Assembly: GCA_018830245.1 (NCBI GenBank)
Contig: JAHJSW010000033.1
Location: forward strand, 1-43,950
Source: Nanobdellota archaeon
Lineage (GTDB): Archaea > Nanobdellota > Nanobdellia > Pacearchaeales > GW2011-AR1
Reading direction: 5' to 3'
Length of the DNA stretch: 43,950 bases
Of this stretch, positions 18,690-28,357 are shown piece by piece. The position numbers were made by a program, and so were the translations under genes. A model generated the notes under the pieces. It saw only the letters and a program-made list of their open reading frames with translations, was not told where the DNA came from and did not search any database. Numbering within the stretch: position 1 is the stretch's first letter; each line of letters starts with the position of its first letter.

Positions 18690-20118
18690 TTTCAATCACA
18701 TCTTTTCCGTCAATCTTTCCCTTAAATTCTTTCATAATTAACCCCATATAAGCCTTCTCAGAAAGCCCTGGCTTCTCCTTTATAATCTTCAGAATTTTTT
18801 CCTCAACAAGATGTTCTGACTCTTTTTCAAATTTAATTGCTTCTTCTAAATCTTCTCCATCAACAATTCTCTCTAAAACAGATTTAATCTGACTCTGAGT
18901 AATTTTTTTCTCTGCTATTGCTTCTAAAACAAATAATAAAACATCTTTATTCAAAAATTTATCAACTTTATTAAAACTCTTATTTTTATGACGCGCAATT
19001 TCTTTTGGGAATATTAAAAGAACTTTTGCAACTAAAGGAGGATTATCCAACACTTCTAACAATTCTCTAAACTCTTCAAGTTTATCTTGTTTGAACAATA
19101 ACTTAATCATCTCCAAACTCAACCCTTTTTCTTTAAGCTCTATTTCAACATCACTCTTTAATTTAGGCAAACTTTTTTTAGCATTATTAATAATCTCTCT
19201 AGAAACTCTAAGCAAAGGAACATCTGTCTCAGGATACATTCTTGCTGCTCCAGGCATTGGTCTTAAAAACTCTGTTTGCCCGTTAGGAAGAACATTTCTA
19301 ACTTCTGATTTAACTATTTTTTTCTTTTTGAGTATTTCACTCTGCCTTTTAATCTCATCCTCAATAACTTTAATAAAAATCTTCATATCTTGCATCCCTT
19401 TAATCTCAACCCTATTTCCTCCTTTTAAAGACATATTAACATCCTGCCTTATTGTTCCAATTCCTCTTTTAACTTTACAACTTCTAAGAATATTCCCAAT
19501 CTCTAATGCAACTTCTTTTGCTTGTTCAGGAGTTTTAATATCTGGAGCAGTAGCAATCTCTACTAGTGGTATTCCTAATCTATCTAATCTATAAACTACT
19601 TTTGTTTTCTCTCGAGAAATTGGTCTTGCAGCATCCTCTTCAAGAAAAATCCCCTCTATTCTCACCCTTCCCATATCTGTCTCCACAAAACCATCGCGTG
19701 CAATCATTACTGTTCTCTGGAATCCAGAGGTATTTGAACCATCAATAACAGTTTTTCTCATAATTTGAGAAAAAGGAATAATTTTTGCATTTAACAAAAC
19801 AGAAATTTGCAATGCAATTTTCAGAGCCTCTTTATTTATTTCATGGGGCGGTTCTTCATCTAATTCCACAAGACAAGTAGTATCATATCCCTGATACACA
19901 AATTCTTTATCTAAAGATGCTTGATACATCGCAGCAACATCAACATCTCCCGCCTCACCAGCAACAGCATGAAGATTTCTTTTAACAAAAAAATCAGGCT
20001 CATCCTGTCTTAATAAACTAGGGCAATTGCAAAAAAGTTTAGACGTATCTAACTGCTGATGAATTTCAAGACCACATTTAAATTTTAATTTCTGATAATC
20101 AATTTTCTCTTCAGACAT
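18667..20118 (-). CDS. gatE: Glu-tRNA(Gln) amidotransferase subunit E, lacking GAD insertion
   Basis: GLEIHQQL, DGSNTSGFQRT, EEDAAR, RGIGTIRQDVN, PGAARMYPETD. Confidence 0.95.
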   Translation of the reverse strand: MSEEKIDYQKLKFKCGLEIHQQLDTSKLFCNCPSLLRQDEPDFFVKRNLHAVAGEAGDVDVAAMYQASLDKEFVYQGYDTTCLVELDEEPPHEINKEALKIALQISVLLNAKIIPFSQIMRKTVIDGSNTSGFQRTVMIARDGFVETDMGRVRIEGIFLEEDAARPISREKTKVVYRLDRLGIPLVEIATAPDIKTPEQAKEVALEIGNILRSCKVKRGIGTIRQDVNMSLKGGNRVEIKGMQDMKIFIKVIEDEIKRQSEILKKKKIVKSEVRNVLPNGQTEFLRPMPGAARMYPETDVPLLRVSREIINNAKKSLPKLKSDVEIELKEKGLSLEMIKLLFKQDKLEEFRELLEVLDNPPLVAKVLLIFPKEIARHKNKSFNKVDKFLNKDVLLFVLEAIAEKKITQSQIKSVLERIVDGEDLEEAIKFEKESEHLVEEKILKIIKEKPGLSEKAYMGLIMKEFKGKIDGKDVIEIIRKYLK

Positions 20119-20152
20119 AAGATAAAAAGAGAAAATAAGTTAATAAAAGTTG

Positions 20153-21010
20153 TTACACTCTTAAAAGACGATCGTCTCCCTTATGTTTTTTTAAGAAATT
20201 GTTAGCAACTAAAAAATAAATATCTTGTAATCTTTTAATTTCTCCTAGAGAAAGAAGGGATTTAACCACTCTACAAGATTCCTTGAAAGGATGTTCTGCA
20301 TCTATAACCTTTAAATTAAAAAAAGGGAGATCGTTTCCAAATCTATCAAGATTAACTCTTTTAGAACCATTTATTCCGCTTATTTCATAATTTCTCAATC
20401 TTTTTCTTATCTTTTTGAGAGTTTTTTCATCTAAACATGCTAATTTCCGAGATAAACTCTTTCTAAGTCTTAATTCTCCTCCAATACTATCCACTAATCC
20501 ACAACCAAGATCAAGATAAAGGAGTTTTGTCCCCCCGCTAATTGCTAAAACCTTATAATTTTGAGATTTCCCAACAATATCCCCAATATTTAATAAATCC
20601 CTATAAATGGCCTGGGAATTTAATAGTTCTCTTGTTTCATTCAAATTCTCACTTAAGGAAGAGAATTCTAATTCAGAAACAAAAAAAGTTTTTCTTTTAG
20701 AATCTAATGGTTTAACAATTTTTTCCCCCTCTTCAAGACAATAATCAAATTCTACTAAAGAGCGATCTTTGTTTAAAATCACCCAATTATTAGGAACATT
20801 TAATCCCACTTTTTTCGCCATTTCTAATAATATTGCCTCATAAATAGGTTGATTTTCTACTTTTAAAAAGTCCCCTGTCCCTAATCTCGATATTTCACAA
20901 TATTTCAAATAAACAGATTTGTCTTCTCTTCCAAGACCAAAATAACATCTCCCTCCGGGATTTCCTCCTTTTGGACCAGAAGTCACTAAAATTTCAAGCA
21001 TTTTTATCAA
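20153..21010 (-). CDS. Putative HipA/PI3-4-kinase-like atypical kinase
   Basis: GPKGGNPGG loop, YLKY, YEA...GLNVP, DLLNIGD....QN, YLDLG. Confidence 0.5.
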   Translation of the reverse strand: MIKMLEILVTSGPKGGNPGGRCYFGLGREDKSVYLKYCEISRLGTGDFLKVENQPIYEAILLEMAKKVGLNVPNNWVILNKDRSLVEFDYCLEEGEKIVKPLDSKRKTFFVSELEFSSLSENLNETRELLNSQAIYRDLLNIGDIVGKSQNYKVLAISGGTKLLYLDLGCGLVDSIGGELRLRKSLSRKLACLDEKTLKKIRKRLRNYEISGINGSKRVNLDRFGNDLPFFNLKVIDAEHPFKESCRVVKSLLSLGEIKRLQDIYFLVANNFLKKHKGDDRLLRV

Positions 21011-21106
21011 AAAAGAAACTTAAAAATCCTTTTAAACCCTTCTATTTTAACCCCTCAAAAGTTACAACTTCAAAACATTTATAAAAAGATACACTATTAC
21101 ATATTT

Positions 21107-21301
21107 ATGAAACGTTATGAAAAGATGACTCCAGAAGAACTAATGCGCGCAGCAATAGAAGCTAATTTGAATTATATGGAATCATCTTATGAAAGGGTTC
21201 TTGGAAAAGATACTCGAATAATAGTTGCAAAGAGACAATTAGACCCTTCAGATCCTGATCAAATGAGAATTGGAAGAGACTGGCTTTCTAAAAAAGATTA
21301 A
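21107..21301 (+). CDS. Small hypothetical protein
   Basis: 64-aa ORF, TTTATAAA box about 28 nt upstream. Confidence 0.55.
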   Translation: MKRYEKMTPEELMRAAIEANLNYMESSYERVLGKDTRIIVAKRQLDPSDPDQMRIGRDWLSKKD

Positions 21302-21331
21302 ATTTATAATATTAAATATATAATTAATATC

Positions 21332-21760
21332 ATGCAAAAAAAAGGTGAAAAAAAAAAGAATAATAAAAAGAAAAATCACAGAGAATATCCTATTTTTATA
21401 ATTCCGAAAACATTTGGACAAAAATCAGCAGATTGGATTACTAATTGGGCTGGTAGTTGGGTATTTATTCTCTTATTTTTAGGATTTTTAGTTTTATGGA
21501 TGATTATAAACACTTCATGGATTATTTTTGGAGAATCATGGGATCCATATCCATTTATTTTATTAAACCTAGTATTATCCTGCGTTGCAGCAATACAAGC
21601 TCCAATAATTCTAATGAGCCAGAACAGAGAAAACCAGAGAGATCGCGCAAGAGCAGAGTATGATTATGCAGTAAATAGAAAAGCAGAAAAAGAAATCAGA
21701 GAAATAAAAAAACAACTTAATAGAATTGAAGAAAAATTACGGAAAAAAAAAGGTGATTAA
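21332..21760 (+). CDS. DUF1003 membrane protein
   Basis: GSWVFI, DPYPFILLNLVLS..AAIQAPIILMSQNR. Confidence 0.93.
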   Translation: MQKKGEKKKNNKKKNHREYPIFIIPKTFGQKSADWITNWAGSWVFILLFLGFLVLWMIINTSWIIFGESWDPYPFILLNLVLSCVAAIQAPIILMSQNRENQRDRARAEYDYAVNRKAEKEIREIKKQLNRIEEKLRKKKGD

Positions 21761-22659
21761 TGATTCCTAAACCACTCAACTGTTTCCCTTAATCCTTGCT
21801 CTAAACTATATTCAGGTTTCCACCCTCTCTCTCTTAATTTTGTAGAATTCAATGCACTTCTTGCTTGCTCTTTAACTTCTGGTCCACGACTTACATTCAT
21901 ATCTCCTTTTATATCGCAAATCTTTTGAAAAAGATTATTAGCACTTGTTTCTACTCCTGTGCCTACATTAAAAATCCCCTTAATATCATCTTGCATAGCT
22001 AAAAGACATGCACTTACAACATCTTTTACATAAATATAATCTCGCGTATGTTCCCCGCTTCCATAAATAACAGGTTGCTCTTTTCCTAAAAACTTAGCTA
22101 CAACTCCTGCCTCTCCTTCTGAATTTTGCCTCGGCCCATAAACATTTGAAGGGCGCAAAATTACAGAATCTAATCCTGAATTAAAAAAAGAAGTTCTCAA
22201 ATAAATTTCTGCAGCTAATTTAGATGCACCATAAGGGGAAAAAGGTTTTACTTCCTCTATTTCGGCCGTAGGAACATTACACTCACTAGAATAAACTCCT
22301 GCACTAGAAAAAAGGATAATTTTTTTAGCCCCCCCTTCCTTAGCATAGTTAAAAACATTTAAACTTCCAATAATATTTATCTGAGCGTCTTCGACAGGAT
22401 TTTCTACAGATCTTCTCAACCTTGTCTGAGCAGCTAAATGAAAAACATATTCTGGAAGAAATTTTTTAAAAATTTCTAAAATTTTTTCTTTATCTCTTAC
22501 ATCTACTCGTTCAAAAAATTCTGCGCGAGGATTTAAATTAGTTTTAAGTCCAGTAGATAAATTATCAATAATCCCCACCTTGTAGCCATGATTAATTAAA
22601 GCATCAACTAAATGACTCCCGATAAATCCTGCTCCTCCTGTAACTAATACTTTATTCAT
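21757..22659 (-). CDS. NAD-dependent epimerase/dehydratase (UDP-glucose 4-epimerase-like)
   Basis: TGGAGFIGSH, YGASK, NVYGPRQ, TRDYIYV. Confidence 0.92.
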   Translation of the reverse strand: MNKVLVTGGAGFIGSHLVDALINHGYKVGIIDNLSTGLKTNLNPRAEFFERVDVRDKEKILEIFKKFLPEYVFHLAAQTRLRRSVENPVEDAQINIIGSLNVFNYAKEGGAKKIILFSSAGVYSSECNVPTAEIEEVKPFSPYGASKLAAEIYLRTSFFNSGLDSVILRPSNVYGPRQNSEGEAGVVAKFLGKEQPVIYGSGEHTRDYIYVKDVVSACLLAMQDDIKGIFNVGTGVETSANNLFQKICDIKGDMNVSRGPEVKEQARSALNSTKLRERGWKPEYSLEQGLRETVEWFRNH

Positions 22660-22705
22660 AGGATCATTTCATAGGAAAATATTTATAAAAATTTAGGTGA
22701 TTACA

Positions 22706-23977
22706 TTATTCTTTCAATCTATCATTAAATTCATGAGAAAAATTAGTTAACATTAACTTTTTCACTTTTTCTTTGTCCTGTGTTTTAGCTAAAACCCATC
22801 CTAATTTAACAAAAGCAGTTTCTGCTAACATATCCTCAAGGTAAATAACCCCTGTTTCTAAAATCTCTCTTCCATTAGAATAAACCAGAGGGTTAAGCCT
22901 TCCATAAATTGTCTGAGCAACAGCACAAATAATTAATCCTTTTTCTTGAACTTGTTTTAATTTTTTTGTCCACGCATTTCTCGCTCTTTTTGTAGCCACA
23001 TGCCCAAGACCAGACATCTCTAATACAACTCCCTTATACTTATTTTTAAAATAATAATCTAAAATTTCTGGTTCTTGCCCAGGATAAAACTTAACAAGAG
23101 CGATTTTTTCTTCAAATTTGTTATCTAACTTAACTTTATTCTTATTCCTAACACAAAAATCTGAAATTTTATCAATTTTATCTGGAAAAACTTTTGCGAA
23201 TGGTTTTGAGTTGATTACTTTAAATGCATCTCTTTTTGAAGAATGCATTTTTCTAGATTTAGTTCCAGGCATAGCATAACAAAAATCATCATTTGTAGAA
23301 GAATGTCCTACAAGCATAACTTCTGCAATATCTGAAATTGCAGCTAAAGCTGCACACTGCAAATTTAAATTAGCATCACTACTTGCTCGGTCAATACTTC
23401 TCTGACTATAAGTTAAAACAACTGGCTTATTTAGATCTTTTAGGAAAAAACTCAATGCTGCAGAAGTATAGTGCAAAAAATCAGTTCCATGAGTGATAAT
23501 CACTCCTTTAATATTAGCGTCATTCAAAAGCTCCACTGCAGTTTTTGCAATCTTTTGCCAATCCTTATAATCCATGTCTTCAGAAGCTTTCATAAAAGGA
23601 ACTTCTACTTTTACAACATTAACTTTATCAAAAAGTTCAGGATAAAATTTAAACAAACTTTCAGGAGTATCTAACCAATCAACACCTCCTTTTTTAGGAT
23701 TTAAACGTGCAGCAATTGTCCCTCCTGTAATAATCATCGCAATATCTGGTTTTTTTACATCCTTCTTAATTTCTATTTTTTCTTCTTTTACTTCTTCTTT
23801 CTGTATCACTTGTATCTCTAAAATATCTTTTTTATTTAATCCAATATTATATCCTGAATTTAATTTAAGCAGAACAATTCCCTTTTCTGAAACAGGACTT
23901 TCAAGCAAAATCCCAAAATATTCCTCTCTAGACAAAACAACCTTAACTCTATCTCCAACATTTGCACTAGACTTCAT
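22706..23977 (-). CDS. gatD: Glu-tRNA(Gln) amidotransferase subunit D
   Basis: LKLNSGYNIG, TGGTIA, HGTDF, SQRSIDR, RKMHSSKRDAF, VYSNGR. Confidence 0.95.
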   Translation of the reverse strand: MKSSANVGDRVKVVLSREEYFGILLESPVSEKGIVLLKLNSGYNIGLNKKDILEIQVIQKEEVKEEKIEIKKDVKKPDIAMIITGGTIAARLNPKKGGVDWLDTPESLFKFYPELFDKVNVVKVEVPFMKASEDMDYKDWQKIAKTAVELLNDANIKGVIITHGTDFLHYTSAALSFFLKDLNKPVVLTYSQRSIDRASSDANLNLQCAALAAISDIAEVMLVGHSSTNDDFCYAMPGTKSRKMHSSKRDAFKVINSKPFAKVFPDKIDKISDFCVRNKNKVKLDNKFEEKIALVKFYPGQEPEILDYYFKNKYKGVVLEMSGLGHVATKRARNAWTKKLKQVQEKGLIICAVAQTIYGRLNPLVYSNGREILETGVIYLEDMLAETAFVKLGWVLAKTQDKEKVKKLMLTNFSHEFNDRLKE

Positions 23978-24093
23978 AAATAAAATATTCTAAAAGAGTA
24001 TAAAAATATACTGATGAAAACACTAAGATACGTGTAACTAAATAGTAGTAATAATTAGAAACATTTATAAAGTTTAAGAACAACAAAAAAATT

Positions 24094-24456
24094 ATGAAAG
24101 AAAAATCTTTTTTAGGAAAAGCAGGGATTGGATTAGCAGCATTAATCATCTTGTTCAGTATTGGCGCAGGCATCTCTCAACTAACTAGAAAAGGCCACAT
24201 TCCCATAAAAAGGAGTTCTCCAGAGATGAATCAGCAAAGAAGAACCACATTAACAGAAGAAGAGCGAAGAATATTCTCCAACTTAAAAATAGATGAACCA
24301 GTAAAAGAAGGGGATAATTACTGGACGTGTGCAGGAAGAATAAAAGAAAAATATAATTTAAAAACCCCTACACAAAGAATAGCAGAGTATTTAGAATTTC
24401 ACGCTAGTCAAGGAAAGGTAGTTCTTCTTCCAGGAGAAAGAATCAGAAACTACTGA
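24094..24456 (+). CDS. Membrane-anchored protein with LysM-like C-terminus
   Basis: N-terminal TM helix; VKEGDNYWTCA...LLPGERI. Confidence 0.55.
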   Translation: MKEKSFLGKAGIGLAALIILFSIGAGISQLTRKGHIPIKRSSPEMNQQRRTTLTEEERRIFSNLKIDEPVKEGDNYWTCAGRIKEKYNLKTPTQRIAEYLEFHASQGKVVLLPGERIRNY

Positions 24457-24497
24457 TAACTCCAAAACTTAATAAATCCTTTTTCTTTTAGTCAATC

Positions 24498-25853
24498 ATG
24501 GTGAAAATTGGTCTTGAAATTCACGGATATATTCAAACTAATGAAAAACTTTTTTGCAGATGCAAGGCAGAAAGCGGATTAAAATATTCTAAGCCAAATA
24601 CAAATATCTGTCCTATTTGTACTGGACAACCAGGAGCAAAACCCATGCTTCCAAATAAAAGTGCAATAAACAAAGCAATTCAAATTTCTCTTATCTTAGG
24701 ATGCAAAATAAATGAAAAATTAATCTGGCAGAGGAAACATTATGACTGGCCAGATCTTCCAAAAGGATATCAAAACACTCTTTCAGGACCATACGCAATC
24801 CCGCTTGGAGAGGGAGGAAAATTCAAAGGCATACGAATTACAGAAGCTCATTTAGAAGAAGACCCTGCTGCATGGAATCCTCAAACAGGGGAAATCGATT
24901 ATAATCGCTCTGGTTGCCCGCTAATAGAGATCGTAACAGAACCAGATTTCAAAAATTCTGAGCAAGTAGTTGACTGGTTAAAACAATTAATTGCTACACT
25001 CAGTTACACTAAAGCAATAAATAAAAAATCAGGAATAAAGGCAGACGTAAATGTTTCTATTTCCGGTGGGAAAAGAATAGAAATAAAAAACATAAACAGT
25101 CTAAAAAATATCAAAACAGCCATTGAATATGAAATCGCAAGACAAGAAAAAAATCTCCCTAAAATACAAGAAACAAGGATGTTTGATGAAAAAAAAGCGA
25201 TTACAATAAAAATGCGAACAAAAGAACAAGTACAAGACTATCGATTCATTTCAGAACCAGATTTACCAACAATAAATATTAAAGAACAAAGAATTAAAAA
25301 AATCAGACAAGCTCTTCCAGAAACTCCTTCCAAAAAACTGAAAAAACTCATAAAAAAACATAGAATAAAACAAAAATCAGCAGAAACCTTAATAAAAAAA
25401 TTAGAGATCGTAGAATTTTTTGAAGAAGTGATAAAAGAAGCTAATCCTAAACTAACTGTACAGTGGATAACAATTGAACTGCTAAGAGTTTTGAATTATG
25501 CTAAAAAAGAACTAGAAGAAGTTGAAATAAAAACAGAACATTTTATTGAATTATTAAAACTAATAGAATCAAAAACAATTACAGAACTAAAAGCAAAAGA
25601 AATTTTAAATCAATTCATTCCAAAATCATTTTCTCCAAAAAAGAAAATTCAAGAACATTCTAAAATTTCTGATAAAACCCAATTAAAAGAACTAATCATT
25701 AAAGTAATAAAAAATAATCCAAAAGCTGTTCAGGATTATAAAGAAGGAAAACAAGAATCTCTTAATTTTCTTATCGGACAAGTTATGAAATTATCCGAAA
25801 AAAGAGCAGATTATAGGATTGTGAAAGAACTTCTAGAAAAAAAATTAAAATAA
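24498..25853 (+). CDS. gatB: Asp-tRNA(Asn)/Glu-tRNA(Gln) amidotransferase subunit B
   Basis: IGLEIH, KLFC, RKHYDWPDLPKGYQ, HLEED, DYNRSG.PLIEIVTEPD, DYRF..EPDL, FLIGQVMK. Confidence 0.96.
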   Translation: MVKIGLEIHGYIQTNEKLFCRCKAESGLKYSKPNTNICPICTGQPGAKPMLPNKSAINKAIQISLILGCKINEKLIWQRKHYDWPDLPKGYQNTLSGPYAIPLGEGGKFKGIRITEAHLEEDPAAWNPQTGEIDYNRSGCPLIEIVTEPDFKNSEQVVDWLKQLIATLSYTKAINKKSGIKADVNVSISGGKRIEIKNINSLKNIKTAIEYEIARQEKNLPKIQETRMFDEKKAITIKMRTKEQVQDYRFISEPDLPTINIKEQRIKKIRQALPETPSKKLKKLIKKHRIKQKSAETLIKKLEIVEFFEEVIKEANPKLTVQWITIELLRVLNYAKKELEEVEIKTEHFIELLKLIESKTITELKAKEILNQFIPKSFSPKKKIQEHSKISDKTQLKELIIKVIKNNPKAVQDYKEGKQESLNFLIGQVMKLSEKRADYRIVKELLEKKLK

Positions 25854-25855
25854 AA

Positions 25856-25927
25856 TGGGCCTAGGAGGAATCGAACCCCCACCAACCGGGCCGAAACCGG
25901 GTATTCTATCCGTTGAACTATAGGCCC
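25856..25927 (-). tRNA. tRNA-Arg(TCG), intronless, CCA not encoded
   Basis: Acceptor GGGCCTA/TAGGCCC, D-loop A20, anticodon loop TTTCGGC, T-loop TTCGATT; C27-U43 mismatch. Confidence 0.92.
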
Positions 25928-25979
25928 ACTAAAATATTAAATAAGTTAGGTTTTTATATCTTAATCTTTTATAGAAAAT

Positions 25980-26840
25980 ATGACTTTAAAAAAACATCAT
26001 AAAATAATGATTGGAAGCTTCAGTTCCCTTATTATTATATTCATGCTTATTTCAGGAACATTAATTTTCATTTTATTTACAAAACAAGAACTAAATTACA
26101 ACGAATTAGATTCAAAAATAACAGATATTCAGAGTAAACTAAATGATCTTACCATAAATCTTCTTCAAACAAGAGAAGATTTAAATTCAAGCCTAAGTTC
26201 TCTAAACCTTCAGGTAGGTTCAATAGATGAAGAGATGACTTTATTAAAAGCTTCTGCAGGAGAAGATTTTTCTGGAATAATTGAAGATACAATAAAATCT
26301 GTTGTAACAATAAGAACAAATGTAAACCAGGGAACTGGATTCCTTGTCTCTGAAGAAGGATATATAGTAACAAACGCACATGTGTTAGTTGGAGCGCAAA
26401 AAGTAGAGGCATTAACTTATGAACAAGAAGTAAAAAATGCGGATTTTATAGGATATAATGGAAATTTTGACATTGCCCTGTTAAAAATTTCTGGAGATTA
26501 TGAAAAATTGACCTTAGGAGATTCAAATAAAGTGCAAATAGGAGAAAAAGTTATTGCAATTGGAAATCCATTAGGATTGCAATTTTCAGTATCAGCAGGA
26601 ATTATCTCAGCAATTCATAGACCTGGAATAAATGAAATAGAAGCATATATTCAAACAGATGCAGCATTAAATCCTGGAAATTCAGGAGGCCCTTTGATAA
26701 ACAAAGAGGGGAAAGTAATTGGAATTAATAATTTTAAAATTGGTGGAGGAGAAAGCCTAGGATTTGCTCTAGAATCAAATTATATAAAAAGTGTAATAAA
26801 TGATATTTCTCTATCCGAATTGAACCAAACACTTGTCTAA
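25980..26840 (+). CDS. Membrane-anchored HtrA/DegP-like trypsin protease without PDZ domain
   Basis: TNAHV, DIALL, NPGNSGGPL triad; N-terminal TM and coiled coil. Confidence 0.92.
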   Translation: MTLKKHHKIMIGSFSSLIIIFMLISGTLIFILFTKQELNYNELDSKITDIQSKLNDLTINLLQTREDLNSSLSSLNLQVGSIDEEMTLLKASAGEDFSGIIEDTIKSVVTIRTNVNQGTGFLVSEEGYIVTNAHVLVGAQKVEALTYEQEVKNADFIGYNGNFDIALLKISGDYEKLTLGDSNKVQIGEKVIAIGNPLGLQFSVSAGIISAIHRPGINEIEAYIQTDAALNPGNSGGPLINKEGKVIGINNFKIGGGESLGFALESNYIKSVINDISLSELNQTLV

Positions 26841-26899
26841 TAAAATTTTAAATATCGCTTCTAAAAAAATATTATAAACCCTTTTTCCTTTATTTTTTT

Positions 26900-28351
26900 A
26901 TGATAAAAAAATCCCAAGAAGGCTTAACTGTAAAAAAAGATGAAGATTTTAGTGAGTGGTATAGTCAAATTATTGAGAAAGCAAAAATAACTGATTTAAG
27001 ATATAATGTTAAAGGATTTATAGTGATAAGGCCTTGGGGAGCAAGAATAATGGAAGAAATGTATGATTTGTATGAAAAAGCTCTTCAAAAAAAGGACCAC
27101 CAACCAACTTTTTTTCCAGCAGTTATACCTGAAAAAAATTTCAAAAAAGAAGCAAGTCACTTAAAAGGTTTTACTCCAGAAGTTTTTTGGTTGAGCAAAA
27201 TAAAAGGAGAAGATAGATTGGCATTAAGACCAACGAGTGAAACCGCAATGTATCAGATGTATGCTTTCTGGATTAGAAGTCATAGAGATCTTCCTCTTAA
27301 GATATATCAAAGAGCCCAAGTGTTTAGATATGAAACAAAAGCTACAAGGCCCTTAATAAGAGGTAGAGAATTTTACTGGATAGAAGCTCATGACTGTTTT
27401 GCAACAAAAGAAGAAGCAGAACAGCAAGTTCAAGAAGACATTCAAACAACAGAAGAAGTAATGCATCAAAAATTCGGAGTTCCTTTTCTTCCAATGAAAC
27501 GTCCACAGTGGGATAAATTTGCAGGAGCCGAGTACACAGTTGGGTCAGATGTTTTAATGCCTGATGGAAAATTAATTCAACAACCTTCAACACATCTTTT
27601 AGGACAAAATTTTTCAAAAGCATTTGATGTTAAATTCAAAGACGAGAATGGAAAAGAACAATTTGTATGGCAAACTTGTTACGGCCCTGCAATTTCAAGG
27701 ATGTTAGCTTCAGTAATTTCAACTCATGGAGATGATTATGGTTTAATTCTTCCATTCAGCATTTCTCCTGTACAGTTAATAATTATTCCTATCTTTAACA
27801 AAGAAAACAAAGAAAAAATTCTTTCTGAATCAGAGAAAATAAAAGAAAGGTTAAATTTTACTGGAATAAAATCAGAAATAGACGCAAGTGAAAAAAGACC
27901 AGGAGAAAAATATTATGAATGGGAACTAAAAGGCGTGCCATTTAGATTAGAAATTGGTGAAAAAGAACTCAATGAAAAACAATTAACTCTTTTTATAAGA
28001 GACATTAGAAAAAAGCAGAAAATATCTCTAAAAGCTTTGGAAAACCTAAAAGAATATGGGAGAGATTTTGATAAACGCCTAATAAAAAAAGCAGATCAAC
28101 TAATAAAAGAAAGAATAATAGATTGTAAAACAAAAAAAGAATTGAAAAAAATAATTGATGATAAAAAAATAGCAAGAGCTAATTTCTGTTCAGTAGATGA
28201 AAAAGGAGAAATTTGTGCAGAATATATTGAAAAAGAAATCAACGCAGAAGTCCGTGGAACAAGAGCAGACAAAAAAGAGCGGCCAAAAGGAAATTGTATA
28301 ATTTGTGGAAAATCTGCAAAAGAAGTTGTTTATATTGGAAAAAGTTACTAA
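26900..28351 (+). CDS. proS: Prolyl-tRNA synthetase, archaeal/eukaryal type
   Basis: FSEWY, RPTSET, FRYETK, HLLGQNF, C-terminal CIICG...GKSY. Confidence 0.97.
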   Translation: MIKKSQEGLTVKKDEDFSEWYSQIIEKAKITDLRYNVKGFIVIRPWGARIMEEMYDLYEKALQKKDHQPTFFPAVIPEKNFKKEASHLKGFTPEVFWLSKIKGEDRLALRPTSETAMYQMYAFWIRSHRDLPLKIYQRAQVFRYETKATRPLIRGREFYWIEAHDCFATKEEAEQQVQEDIQTTEEVMHQKFGVPFLPMKRPQWDKFAGAEYTVGSDVLMPDGKLIQQPSTHLLGQNFSKAFDVKFKDENGKEQFVWQTCYGPAISRMLASVISTHGDDYGLILPFSISPVQLIIIPIFNKENKEKILSESEKIKERLNFTGIKSEIDASEKRPGEKYYEWELKGVPFRLEIGEKELNEKQLTLFIRDIRKKQKISLKALENLKEYGRDFDKRLIKKADQLIKERIIDCKTKKELKKIIDDKKIARANFCSVDEKGEICAEYIEKEINAEVRGTRADKKERPKGNCIICGKSAKEVVYIGKSY

Positions 28352-28357
28352 AACAAA

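Noticed and set aside
19091..19748. Plus-strand ORFs inside gatE, and similar nested ORFs at 932, 3223, 6145, 6262, 6439, 7163, 13666, 13676, 15955, 18244, 21457, 23471, 23967, 26149, 27342, 31000, 37053, 37235, 37496, 38637, 39923, 40866, 40973 and 41391
   Set aside because: Overlap well-supported genes, have shadow-like composition and lack promoter or family support
25856..25927. tRNA-Arg as pseudogene or recoding tRNA because of the C27-U43 mismatch
   Set aside because: Single terminal mismatch; A20, G37, the A15-U48 pair and all other stems are intact, and ORFs show no sign of a non-standard code
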